From NCBI RefSeq assembly GCF_000017945.1, contig NC_009776.1:1200001-1232000 (forward strand): 32,000 nucleotides of DNA, in the 5' to 3' direction. This document shows positions 1 through 7,907 of the stretch, in pieces (position 1 is the first letter of the stretch; each line of letters starts with the position of its first letter). The DNA comes from Ignicoccus hospitalis KIN4/I. Its GTDB lineage: Archaea; Thermoproteota; Thermoprotei_A; Sulfolobales; Ignicoccaceae. Made by a program: the position numbers and the translations under genes. The notes below the pieces were generated by a model. It did not search any database. It had not been told where the DNA came from and saw only the letters and a program-made list of their open reading frames with translations.

Positions 1-1096
1 TCTCGGCCCTCTTCGCTATTACCAATGCCTCGAAGGCCTCGTACGGCTTAAGCCCCGTAACCACGCTCCCCTTGGGGCTCTCGTAAGGCTTGTGCTCGGC
101 CCTCCCGACCCTCTGCACGAGGTTAGTTACCCTGCGCGGCGAGGCGAACTGCACTACGTGCTTCACGGAACCTATGTCTATTCCGAGCTCCAGGGAGGAG
201 GTGGCCACGATTACTTTGAGCTCGCCCTTACGGGCGCGGCGCTCCACTCCCTCCCTCTCCTTCTTTGAGAGGGAGCCGTGGTGGACCGCGACCTCCTCTC
301 CGAACTCCTCCTTGAGGATCTTGCCCAACACTTCTGCCGTATCCCTTGTGTTTGTAAATACCAAAACTGTCCCGTCAATTTTCTTTATTATTTCTTTAAC
401 CTTAGAAACCATATTTTCAAACGAATCCTCTACGTATACCTTTATTTCGGGCTTCTTGACGGTCTCGTCCGCCACATCTATCACGAACCTCCCTCCGCCC
501 AGGAACTTCTTGGCCAAGTTCACGTTCGATATTGTAGCGCTCACGCCTATCCTTTGTACCCGCGCCCTCTCGGAAAGCCTCTCGAGCGCGACCGTTAGCT
601 CGGCCCCCCTCTTCTCCTCTATGAGTTCGTGTAGCTCGTCAACGATTACATACTCTACGTTATTTAGATGCTTGAGCATTTCCTTGTTAGCCAGAATTAT
701 GTTTAAGCTCTCTGGAGTAGTGACGAGGACCTCCGGAGGATGTTCTATTATCTTCTTCCTCCTACTATAAGGCGTGTCGCCGTGCCAGACGTCTACGTTC
801 AGCCCGGCTTCTCTGAGCAGTTCCAAGGCCCTTATGCCTATATCTCTGTTCAAGGCCCTCAACGGCGTGATGTAGAGTGCTTTGAGACCCCCGAACGAAC
901 CCTTCTGAATTATGCGCGCGGCCACGGGCAAGAGGGCAGCTTCAGTCTTGCCGCTCCCAGTGGGGGCCGTTATCAAGGTGTGGTAACCTTGAAGGATTAT
1001 GGGTATGGCCTTCTCTTGGATGGGAGTTGGAGAGCGGATCCCCTTCTTCCTTAAAGCTTCTCTGAGCTCCTTCGGTAGGAGGGAGAACGCATTCAT
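1..1096 (-). CDS. Lhr-like superfamily-2 DEAD/DEAH-box ATP-dependent helicase, N-terminal ~365 aa (3' part runs off the window)
   Basis: Absent from the ORF track because it is open to the window edge. My minus-strand translation from ATG 1096..1094 gives MNAFSLLPKELREALRKKGIRSPTPIQEKAIP... It carries APTGSGKT (Walker A), DELH (motif II), SAT (motif III), HHGSLS, ATSSLELGID and QRVGRAEH (motif VI). A TATA-like CTTTTTATT lies about 27 nt upstream on the minus strand. Confidence 0.85.
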   Translation of the reverse strand, partial: MNAFSLLPKELREALRKKGIRSPTPIQEKAIPIILQGYHTLITAPTGSGKTEAALLPVAARIIQKGSFGGLKALYITPLRALNRDIGIRALELLREAGLNVDVWHGDTPYSRRKKIIEHPPEVLVTTPESLNIILANKEMLKHLNNVEYVIVDELHELIEEKRGAELTVALERLSERARVQRIGVSATISNVNLAKKFLGGGRFVIDVADETVKKPEIKVYVEDSFENMVSKVKEIIKKIDGTVLVFTNTRDTAEVLGKILKEEFGEEVAVHHGSLSKKEREGVERRARKGELKVIVATSSLELGIDIGSVKHVVQFASPRRVTNLVQRVGRAEHKPYESPKGSVVTGLKPYEAFEALVIAKRAE

Positions 1097-1135
1097 TTCC
1101 TTTCGAGGGCTTAGGGATGGAATAAAAAGTTAAAG

Positions 1136-1510
1136 TTACTCTACCTTTATCTCCTTGCGCGCCTCCCAGAGACCGTGGAGGTTACAGTAGGAAATAGCGT
1201 AGAGTACCCCAGACTTCTTCAGTTTCAAGGTGAAGGTCACGTCAGGCTCCGCGTAGCCCGGCTCGAAGGCCACCCTTCCCAGCATTACCGGGTTGAACGG
1301 CCTGCCCTCCTCGTAGAAGTACAGCTCTATCCAGCGTATGCTGTGGGCCGCCTCGTTGGGGTGTGGCCCTACGGACACCCTCACTTGGAAGGGTTGGTCG
1401 GCCTTGACCTTCTCTGGGGCCTCTATCTTGGGCGTATGGGTCTCAGCCTTGGATATGGCCTCTCCCTCGGCCCTGTCGGGGGTGTATATGAGTTCGCCGA
1501 AGCTCTTCAT
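1136..1510 (-). CDS. sor: 1Fe superoxide reductase (neelaredoxin type)
   Basis: 124 aa. Predicted metal ligands are H25, H50, H56 and C109-N-L-H112-G (the CNxHG signature). The N-terminal loop reads E23-T24-H25-T-P where the family normally has E-K-H-x-P. Confidence 0.9.
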   Translation of the reverse strand: MKSFGELIYTPDRAEGEAISKAETHTPKIEAPEKVKADQPFQVRVSVGPHPNEAAHSIRWIELYFYEEGRPFNPVMLGRVAFEPGYAEPDVTFTLKLKKSGVLYAISYCNLHGLWEARKEIKVE

Positions 1511-1568
1511 GTTCTCGTCCGTGTCCTCCCTCTATTGGAGGAAAATTAAGTTGGGGCCTTTGAGGTCG

Positions 1569-2324
1569 TTACGTGCCTATTCTTATACGCTGTTTCTTGA
1601 CGAGTTCCTTGAGGGTCTCTATAAGGGATAGTGCGGCCAACAAGCTGGTTTTGGGATTGTCCGGGCTGGGTACGTTTGTTACTTTGACGTAAAGCTCCCC
1701 AGCCTTTGACTTTACCCTTATCTCGTGGACGTTCTTATCTACTGAGGGGTCGGCGACCACCTTCACGGTGGCTTCCTTCCCCGCGGCGAGTGAGACTGTT
1801 GCGACTACGTTCACGTTGGTGGGGAACCTCTTTACAGCCTCGCTGGCCGGCCCCTCGAATAGGACCGTCTTCTCCTCGACGTTTACGCCCAACGCTTTAG
1901 GGTTTTTAGTAGTTATAACTTGAACCTCCTCTATCCCGGCGTTCTTTAACGCCTTTATCGCGTCTATTCCGGCAACCGCCCCGCTGGGAACGACTATTGA
2001 AGTACCATAGTTCTCCGCTATCCTCAACAGTCGGCCGTAAAGCTCCTTATCCATTAGGGCGCCTACGCTCAAGACGACCATGTCGGCCTTCCTCAGTACT
2101 TGAGGGGCGTACTGCCTAACCGCCTCCGGGGAGGCAGCCTCCACGACCAAGTCGCAACCCTCCAAGAATTCGTCGAAGCTGGTGGAAACTTCACAGTCGT
2201 CCTTACACACCTCGAAGCACCTCTCCGGGTGTCTATCGAAGAACTTGAGACTAACGCCCAGAACCCCGCGGTTCTTCGCCACGAGTCTTCCCACGTTCCC
2301 GCAACCTATCACGCACAGCCTCAT
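1569..2324 (-). CDS. nadX: L-aspartate dehydrogenase (NAD biosynthesis)
   Basis: Start taken at the internal ATG 2324..2322, giving MRLCVIGCGNVGRL (Rossmann GxGxxG). Similar throughout to my recollection of Thermotoga TM1643-type aspartate dehydrogenase: VVEAASPEAV, PSGAVAGIDA, VADPSVDKNVHEI, PSPDNPKTS. The ATG overlaps the nadC TGA (ATGA). Confidence 0.8.
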   Translation of the reverse strand: MRLCVIGCGNVGRLVAKNRGVLGVSLKFFDRHPERCFEVCKDDCEVSTSFDEFLEGCDLVVEAASPEAVRQYAPQVLRKADMVVLSVGALMDKELYGRLLRIAENYGTSIVVPSGAVAGIDAIKALKNAGIEEVQVITTKNPKALGVNVEEKTVLFEGPASEAVKRFPTNVNVVATVSLAAGKEATVKVVADPSVDKNVHEIRVKSKAGELYVKVTNVPSPDNPKTSLLAALSLIETLKELVKKQRIRIGT

Positions 2325-3166
2325 CTGATCTCCGCACCCAAGTCGACGAGAGGGGGCGAGAGCGTCAAATACCCCATACTCACCACGTCCACACACTCGT
2401 TGACGTACTGAAGGACGTTTTCCCTGTTTATTCCCCCGCTTACCTCCACTATAATTGAGGGCTTCGCCTCCTTCAATTTACAAGCTATCCTTTTAGCCTC
2501 CTCCGGACCCACGTTGTCGAGCATTATCGCGTCGACATACGGCAAGACCTCAAACGCCTCCTCCTCGCTGGACACCTCGACCTCTATCTTGTGGGTGAAG
2601 GAGGCGTTCTCCTTGGCGGCCCTCACCGCCCCTAACAAGTCACCGTAGGCGTTGATGTGTGTGTCCTTGATTAGTATCATGTCGCTCAAGCTCAGCCGGT
2701 GCGTGTCGGCCCCCGCGGCCCTAGCGAAGAGTTTGGCCCAGAGCCTCATTCCGGGAACAGTCTTCCGGGTTACGGCTACCCTGACGTTCTTGAAGCCGGA
2801 GGAGTCCAAGAGCTCCCTTACCCTCCTCACCTCAGTCGATATCGAGAAGACGTGAATGAGGAAGTTCAATAACGTCCGCTCGAACATTAAGAGCTCTTTG
2901 GTGAGGCCCCTCACGCTGACTACGACGCCCTGAGTCCAGCCAGCGGGCGCAATGAATTCCGGCTCCAGGCCCAGCGCCCCCAGCGCTCCCTCTATCAAAG
3001 AGGGACAGACCACATACACTCGACTGCGGGCTTGTATATCCATAATCTTCTCTGAGTCTTCCTTCGACCAGAAGACTGCGTCAGTCGTGACGTCGCCTAA
3101 GGGGGAGTCCTCGTGAACCCACCTCTTGAGGTCCCTCGCCAGCCGTCGCGTGTATTGGATGCACAA
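2321..3166 (-). CDS. nadC: Nicotinate-nucleotide pyrophosphorylase (quinolinate phosphoribosyltransferase)
   Basis: NadC-like sequence: HEDSPLGDVTTDAVF near the N-terminus, RKTVPGMR, IKDTHI, MLDN, EVSGGI. The ORF is open to 3223, but TTG 3166 gives a family-typical N-terminus about 15 aa before the EDxxxGDxT motif. The start remains uncertain. Confidence 0.8.
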   Translation of the reverse strand: MCIQYTRRLARDLKRWVHEDSPLGDVTTDAVFWSKEDSEKIMDIQARSRVYVVCPSLIEGALGALGLEPEFIAPAGWTQGVVVSVRGLTKELLMFERTLLNFLIHVFSISTEVRRVRELLDSSGFKNVRVAVTRKTVPGMRLWAKLFARAAGADTHRLSLSDMILIKDTHINAYGDLLGAVRAAKENASFTHKIEVEVSSEEEAFEVLPYVDAIMLDNVGPEEAKRIACKLKEAKPSIIVEVSGGINRENVLQYVNECVDVVSMGYLTLSPPLVDLGAEIR

Positions 3167-3234
3167 AGCGCTCCTCCGCTCACCGCTCGGTAGCGTGAGG
3201 TTCAGAAATACGGCGTCTCGCAAGCCACAAGGAA

Positions 3235-3242
3235 TTTATAGG
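3235..3242 (+). promoter_or_regulatory. TATA-like box (TTTATAGG) upstream of the MMPL/RND gene
   Basis: TTTATA lies 39-44 nt upstream of the proposed TTG start at 3279, in the short nadC/MMPL divergent region. It reads TATAAA on the other strand. Confidence 0.3.
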
Positions 3243-3278
3243 AGTAAGTGGGCCCGTGGGCGAGAGCCGGGGAGGGGT

Positions 3279-6200
3279 TTGAAAAGGACGGCTCTGACGG
3301 GCTTAGCCTTGTTGGCTCTGCTAGCGATCTCCGCTCAGCTCCCCTCCCCCAGCCCTACGTTGATAAATATGACGCCGACCTCCTCGCAGTCCTACGAGGT
3401 TCAGAGGCTGTTAGGCTCTGGCAGGGGCGCTAAGTTCGGAGGCTCGGTCGTCCTCATAGAGCTTCCGAACGTCACCTACGACCGGCTGCCCTCGGACTTC
3501 GGCGTGAGGATAAACGCTACGTTAAAGAGGGTATATGGTGCCTACTCGACCTTGGACTATTTTACCCTGAAGAAAAAAATCTACAATACCCTAGATCAAT
3601 CCATGACGAAGTACATAGTCGCTAATTTTAAATACGTTAAATACCTCAAGGACTTGACTGAACAGTTGGACGGAATAGGGATTTACGTCTACGAAGCCAC
3701 CTCCGACGCTTGGACGGTGTACAAGGAACTGAAGAACGTCAACGTGACCTACGCCCAGTACCGCGAGTTTTGGAATAGCGTAGCGTCCGAGGTTAACGAC
3801 TTCGAGAGGAGTTTTGTGGCCGAGGAAGAGAGGTGCGTGGCCCAGCTGCCCACGGCCCTCTATTCTGCAGAGAGGCTTTTAAACGAGTCGAAGGCAATAA
3901 TATCGGCATTCAGTATAATTAGGAAGTACTATACGGAGGCTTATTATGACCTCCTCAAGGGCTTGCGCGAGCTTTGCGAAGGCAAAGGGAACGTCCGGGA
4001 CTTGGCCGTTAGGTTAGGCGAGGGAGAGGGCCTCAAGGGGGCCGTGAGGAGGCTCCTCTCGCAAGCCTTCCTCTATACTGTAAGCGGCTGGAACGGGCCG
4101 TTGTGCAACGGCACGCAACCAAACACAAAATTAGTCAAAACTGTCTTGGGCTATTTCGTCTCCTTGGTCCCAAACAGCTTGTCGAGCTATTACTATTACT
4201 TCAACCTCACTGAGGGGGAGATGCGAAACGTCGCCTTGCTTGCTACCGCGTTGTCGCCCAACGCCACTGAAGGAGAAGTCTACAGCGCGGTTTCAGAGGT
4301 CTTGAGGGGCACTTTAGCCCTCGACCTCAAGACAGCCTCTTTAGTGCTAAAGGCGGTTGAGGGGGACGAAAGGGCTGTCGGCGAACTGGTCGTAGAGTTC
4401 TTGAGCATCGAGGATGAGTGTTTGAAGGAGGCGATAATTCGATCCATTACGACCGACGTCCCCTTTACCGTGTTGGCGACGGCGTGCGAGAAGGAGGGCG
4501 TGAGTGAGGTCCTAAGGGCGCGCGGTGCGGAGGGCGTGGAGGCAGAGGACGTAATCGCCGGTCGCGGAATGGGCGAAGATTTGGTGAGGTACGCCTCTAT
4601 AGCATCTCTCGCAAAGAGGTTAGAAGAGCACTCTATCCCGTCCAACTTCACGGTCTCCCTCCTCTTCGGGAAGGCGAGGCCGGAGGAGGTCCTTAGGTGG
4701 TACTTGAAGGCCAAGGGAGTTCTCTACCCTAACTGCATCTACTCCGGCGTGGTTCACTCGAAGAGCTTCGTGGAGGCGGAGAAGAGGTCCGCATTGTGCG
4801 TCTTTAAGCGCATAGCCAGTGTGATGGAAAGGTACGGCTTCAGTAAGTCTGCCGTGGATTCCTTGATCTACAGCATAGTGGCTTTGGGGCCCGGCTTAAG
4901 CGAAGAACAGATCCGGAAGATAGTGCTTAGGACTATATTGAGCGAGGCGGCGGCGCTGAACGACCCGCGGCTCGAGCTCCTCAAAAGTTTAACTAACATA
5001 ACGTCTGTGTTGAGGTTGATAGTATGGAGCGACACCCCCGAAGAAGCCTTGAGCAACGTCAGAAGCATTTTAGATAATATAACTCAAAGCTTCATGTTAA
5101 AGTACGTTGCCACGGAGCTCCTCGTAGGCAGGGACAAAAAACACTTGATATTTGTACTTAACAAAGACGTCCCCGAGCCTGTTACCTTAGCGGACTTCAA
5201 GTCATACGTGATAAGCCCATCGATAATCTCAAACGAAATAAAGACTGCTACGATGACCGACATCGACACGGTGAACAAGGTAGGTGCGCTATTGGTGCTG
5301 CTGGCCCTAGTCTTAAGCGTTAGGAGCTTAAGGGTAGCCCTCTTGCCAGTATTTATAATATACATAGTTTTGCAATACTATAAGATCGTAGTCGCGCTAG
5401 TGGGACAGCTCGGGGTCAAGCCGTCAAACATCGACATGGTAATTGCAACCGCAACCATACTAGGAATGGGTATAGACTATTCCCTCTACACGGTCGCGAA
5501 CTACAGGAGGGACTTGATAAAGTCTATGAAGCCAGTCCTCATAGCTGCGACTATGGCCTCGCTGGGCTTCGTGGCGTTCGGAGCCGTCTCCGCCTTTACC
5601 CTTCCGGGGCTGTCCACGTTAGGCGTATTCGTTCCCTTAGCAATACTCTTCACCGCCGTAGTAGGGCCGTTGATAACCGTAGTTTTCAAAGACGTGTTGG
5701 GGATAGGCCCTGAGAGGGCGAAGCCTTCGGTCCCCATCTTGACCGCCCTATCCATAGATATGCCCAAAACCACGTTCTTAGTCTCTCTAATTCTCATACT
5801 ATCCTCGATCTACGTCGTAGTCAGCGTGCAGCCCGGATATGACCTTTACTTGTTCTTGCCGCAACACAGCTCGGCGACGAGAGCCCTTGTAGTGTTGCAG
5901 AACTACTCGAGCCCCGGAGTCTTGGGCCCAACGGTAGTTATGTTGCACATGAGCGCCGACGACCTAAGCGAGGTAGCTAAGGAGGTCGAGTCCCTTTCGA
6001 GATATTTCCTCGAGAGCGGGAAGTTCGACTACGTATTCGCCTACACTCGCCCGTTGGGGCGCTTCGTCTCCGAAGACCCGGAGGTACTCGAGCTCGTAGG
6101 GGGCAACCAATACTTGAGGGACGGGTGGTGTATACTCTACTTGCTCCCCAGCTCGCCGCCCGACTCCGGCCAAGCGGTAAACGCCGTGAAGGAGTTGAGG

Positions 6201-6818
6201 TCCTTCTTGAGCTCGTGGATACGTGGCAAGAACTTCGACCGCGTGTTGGTCGGAGGACAGAGCGCTATGAACTACGACATAGCAGTCACGGTAAACGAGA
6301 TCACGTTTAACTATGTAATACCTATAATGATAATAGTCACAATAGCGACGTTTGTGACAATCTTGAGGAGGACTGAGATGGTGGTAGCGGCTTCCATAAA
6401 CTCCGTAGCCGCTTTACTAGTGGCCATGGGCGTTTCTGCGCTGCTGATAACAAAGATCTTAAACGTGACCTTGCTGTGGGTAGTAATACCGTTGGTAGTG
6501 ACCGTGGTCCTCAGCGTCGGTAGCGACTACTCGGTGTTCTACTTCTTCGGTCTCAAAGAAGCTGTTGAAAGTTGCAAAATCCTTGAGGACGGGGACTGTG
6601 CGTCCAAGATGAACGCGCTTAACTATAACTCCTCGAGGATGTACAAGCTAATATTGGGCTTCGCGACCACGTTCAGCGTGGCGTACCTAGCGTTCTTAGT
6701 GTCGAACATATGGGCTCTTAAAGAAATAGCCATCGCATTGGGTCTTGTTCCAATAATACTGACATTATCCCTATTCACGTTAGTTCCTGCGTTCTTCTCG
6801 TTAATATGGAAGGAATAG
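3279..6818 (+). CDS. RND-superfamily / MMPL-domain membrane protein with a very large first extracytoplasmic domain
   Basis: Two hydrophobic bundles each carry the MMPL/RND signature: GMGIDYSLY and VGSDYSVFYF. Start proposed at TTG 3279 (MKRTALTGLALLALLAISAQ, signal/TM1-like). The ORF is open from 3126, but that extension is Arg-rich and antisense to nadC. Confidence 0.7.
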   Translation: MKRTALTGLALLALLAISAQLPSPSPTLINMTPTSSQSYEVQRLLGSGRGAKFGGSVVLIELPNVTYDRLPSDFGVRINATLKRVYGAYSTLDYFTLKKKIYNTLDQSMTKYIVANFKYVKYLKDLTEQLDGIGIYVYEATSDAWTVYKELKNVNVTYAQYREFWNSVASEVNDFERSFVAEEERCVAQLPTALYSAERLLNESKAIISAFSIIRKYYTEAYYDLLKGLRELCEGKGNVRDLAVRLGEGEGLKGAVRRLLSQAFLYTVSGWNGPLCNGTQPNTKLVKTVLGYFVSLVPNSLSSYYYYFNLTEGEMRNVALLATALSPNATEGEVYSAVSEVLRGTLALDLKTASLVLKAVEGDERAVGELVVEFLSIEDECLKEAIIRSITTDVPFTVLATACEKEGVSEVLRARGAEGVEAEDVIAGRGMGEDLVRYASIASLAKRLEEHSIPSNFTVSLLFGKARPEEVLRWYLKAKGVLYPNCIYSGVVHSKSFVEAEKRSALCVFKRIASVMERYGFSKSAVDSLIYSIVALGPGLSEEQIRKIVLRTILSEAAALNDPRLELLKSLTNITSVLRLIVWSDTPEEALSNVRSILDNITQSFMLKYVATELLVGRDKKHLIFVLNKDVPEPVTLADFKSYVISPSIISNEIKTATMTDIDTVNKVGALLVLLALVLSVRSLRVALLPVFIIYIVLQYYKIVVALVGQLGVKPSNIDMVIATATILGMGIDYSLYTVANYRRDLIKSMKPVLIAATMASLGFVAFGAVSAFTLPGLSTLGVFVPLAILFTAVVGPLITVVFKDVLGIGPERAKPSVPILTALSIDMPKTTFLVSLILILSSIYVVVSVQPGYDLYLFLPQHSSATRALVVLQNYSSPGVLGPTVVMLHMSADDLSEVAKEVESLSRYFLESGKFDYVFAYTRPLGRFVSEDPEVLELVGGNQYLRDGWCILYLLPSSPPDSGQAVNAVKELRSFLSSWIRGKNFDRVLVGGQSAMNYDIAVTVNEITFNYVIPIMIIVTIATFVTILRRTEMVVAASINSVAALLVAMGVSALLITKILNVTLLWVVIPLVVTVVLSVGSDYSVFYFFGLKEAVESCKILEDGDCASKMNALNYNSSRMYKLILGFATTFSVAYLAFLVSNIWALKEIAIALGLVPIILTLSLFTLVPAFFSLIWKE

Positions 6819-6891
6819 GGCTCGAAATGTAGCCAATTGCATCACCTCTCAGCTTCCAGCGCGCCTCTCATCGCCCGAATGCGAGGAGGGA

Positions 6892-7536
6892 TCACTTTAA
6901 TATTATGACTTTAGAAGTCCGGTCCTCCCGGAGGAGTCTTAACGCCCTCGCGGCTAGCTCCAAGGCCCCTCTTGGGGTCTTATCTATTCCAACGCCCACC
7001 TTCACGTCGTAGAACGAGGAGATCAAGCGCGCGAGCTCTCCCGCCGCCGAGGGGTCCGAGAACATCACTATGTTGTCCCCTCCCAAGTACGTACCTATAG
7101 AACCGTAGCCTATCCCTATTTTGAGTATGTCGTCCAATAAGTCTACCGACTCCACGAAGCCTAAGTACTTGTCTCTAGTTCTGAAAAAGTTTATATCAAT
7201 GTGTATAGCAGCTATGTTGCTCGTGACCTTGCACGTCTCGCGAGAGTTCAAAGCGGCCAAGGGAGTTCTCCCGCAACCGACAACGACCGAAATGGGTACT
7301 GGGCTTACTTTGGATACCTCTTCGAAGATGGGCGCGGGGTCCTCCACCCCGTTGAGCACGAAGAAGAGCACATCTTTTCTAGTTGGTATGTAGAATGCGC
7401 CCACGTCCTTCGCGGCTCTCGTCGCAACCATGTCGATTTCCGCCTGTTTGAGCTGAATCTTCCACTCGCGATCGTCCCCCAAGCTTTCGGTCCATTCCCT
7501 GTAGCCCTCCAACACCACGCTGGCGACTTTGTGCAC
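6892..7536 (-). CDS. arfA: GTP cyclohydrolase III (GGDN family, archaeal riboflavin/F420 route)
   Basis: VVLEGYREWT, AAIHIDIN, YLGGDNIVMF (GGDN motif) and KVGVGIDKTP parallel the MJ0145-type sequence as I recall it. Confidence 0.75.
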   Translation of the reverse strand: MHKVASVVLEGYREWTESLGDDREWKIQLKQAEIDMVATRAAKDVGAFYIPTRKDVLFFVLNGVEDPAPIFEEVSKVSPVPISVVVGCGRTPLAALNSRETCKVTSNIAAIHIDINFFRTRDKYLGFVESVDLLDDILKIGIGYGSIGTYLGGDNIVMFSDPSAAGELARLISSFYDVKVGVGIDKTPRGALELAARALRLLREDRTSKVIILK

Positions 7537-7559
7537 GGACCCTTCCCTGGGGCTTTAGG

Positions 7560-7633
7560 TGGGGCCGCGGGGATTTGAACCCCGGACCACGGGGGCCCAA
7601 GCCCCGCATCCTACCAAGCTAGACGACGGCCCC
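7560..7633 (-). tRNA. tRNA-Pro (anticodon UGG), no intron, CCA not encoded
   Basis: Reverse complement GGGGCCGTCGTCTAGCTTGGTAGGATGCGGGGCTTGGGCCCCCGTGGTCCGGGGTTCAAATCCCCGCGGCCCCA folds as a cloverleaf. It has a 7-bp acceptor stem, anticodon stem CGGGG/CCCCG with loop CTTGGGC, and T-arm CGGGG-TTCAAAT-CCCCG. A TATA-like TTATAG lies about 31 nt upstream. Confidence 0.9.
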
Positions 7634-7667
7634 TTCCGGCACCTCCCGCCCGAAGACTCCTATAAGC

Positions 7668-7850
7668 TTACTCTCGCTCGCCCTCGGAGCCTATTACGAG
7701 TGCTATGCTCATAAATAAGAACAATATTGTAGTCGTTATACCCACCTTGATTAGTGGCGGCATCTCCTTGCCGAAGGTCCACAACGCAACTATTATAATT
7801 ATCATGGCAATTAACACGTCGCTCTCGCTCAAAGAGCGCTTCAGCTTCAA
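7668..7850 (-). CDS. Small hypothetical membrane protein (about 45-60 aa, two hydrophobic helices)
   Basis: LIAMIIIIVALWTF and TTTILFLFMSIALVIG are helix-like segments. There is no recognisable family, and the start is ambiguous (TTG 7850 or ATG at M16). A competing 67-aa ORF in another frame looks less protein-like. Confidence 0.3.
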   Translation of the reverse strand: MKLKRSLSESDVLIAMIIIIVALWTFGKEMPPLIKVGITTTILFLFMSIALVIGSEGERE

Positions 7851-7907
7851 GCGGCGCCCCCAACCTTACTAACCCTAACTTATCCGCTTTCCTCCGGATG
7901 CCCGACG

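Noticed and set aside
90-1054. Plus-strand ORFs 90..770 (226 aa), 278..598 and 740..1054
   Set aside because: They are Ser/Leu/Thr-rich, low-complexity translations lying antisense to a minus-strand helicase gene that has a complete set of SF2 motifs. They are shadow ORFs.
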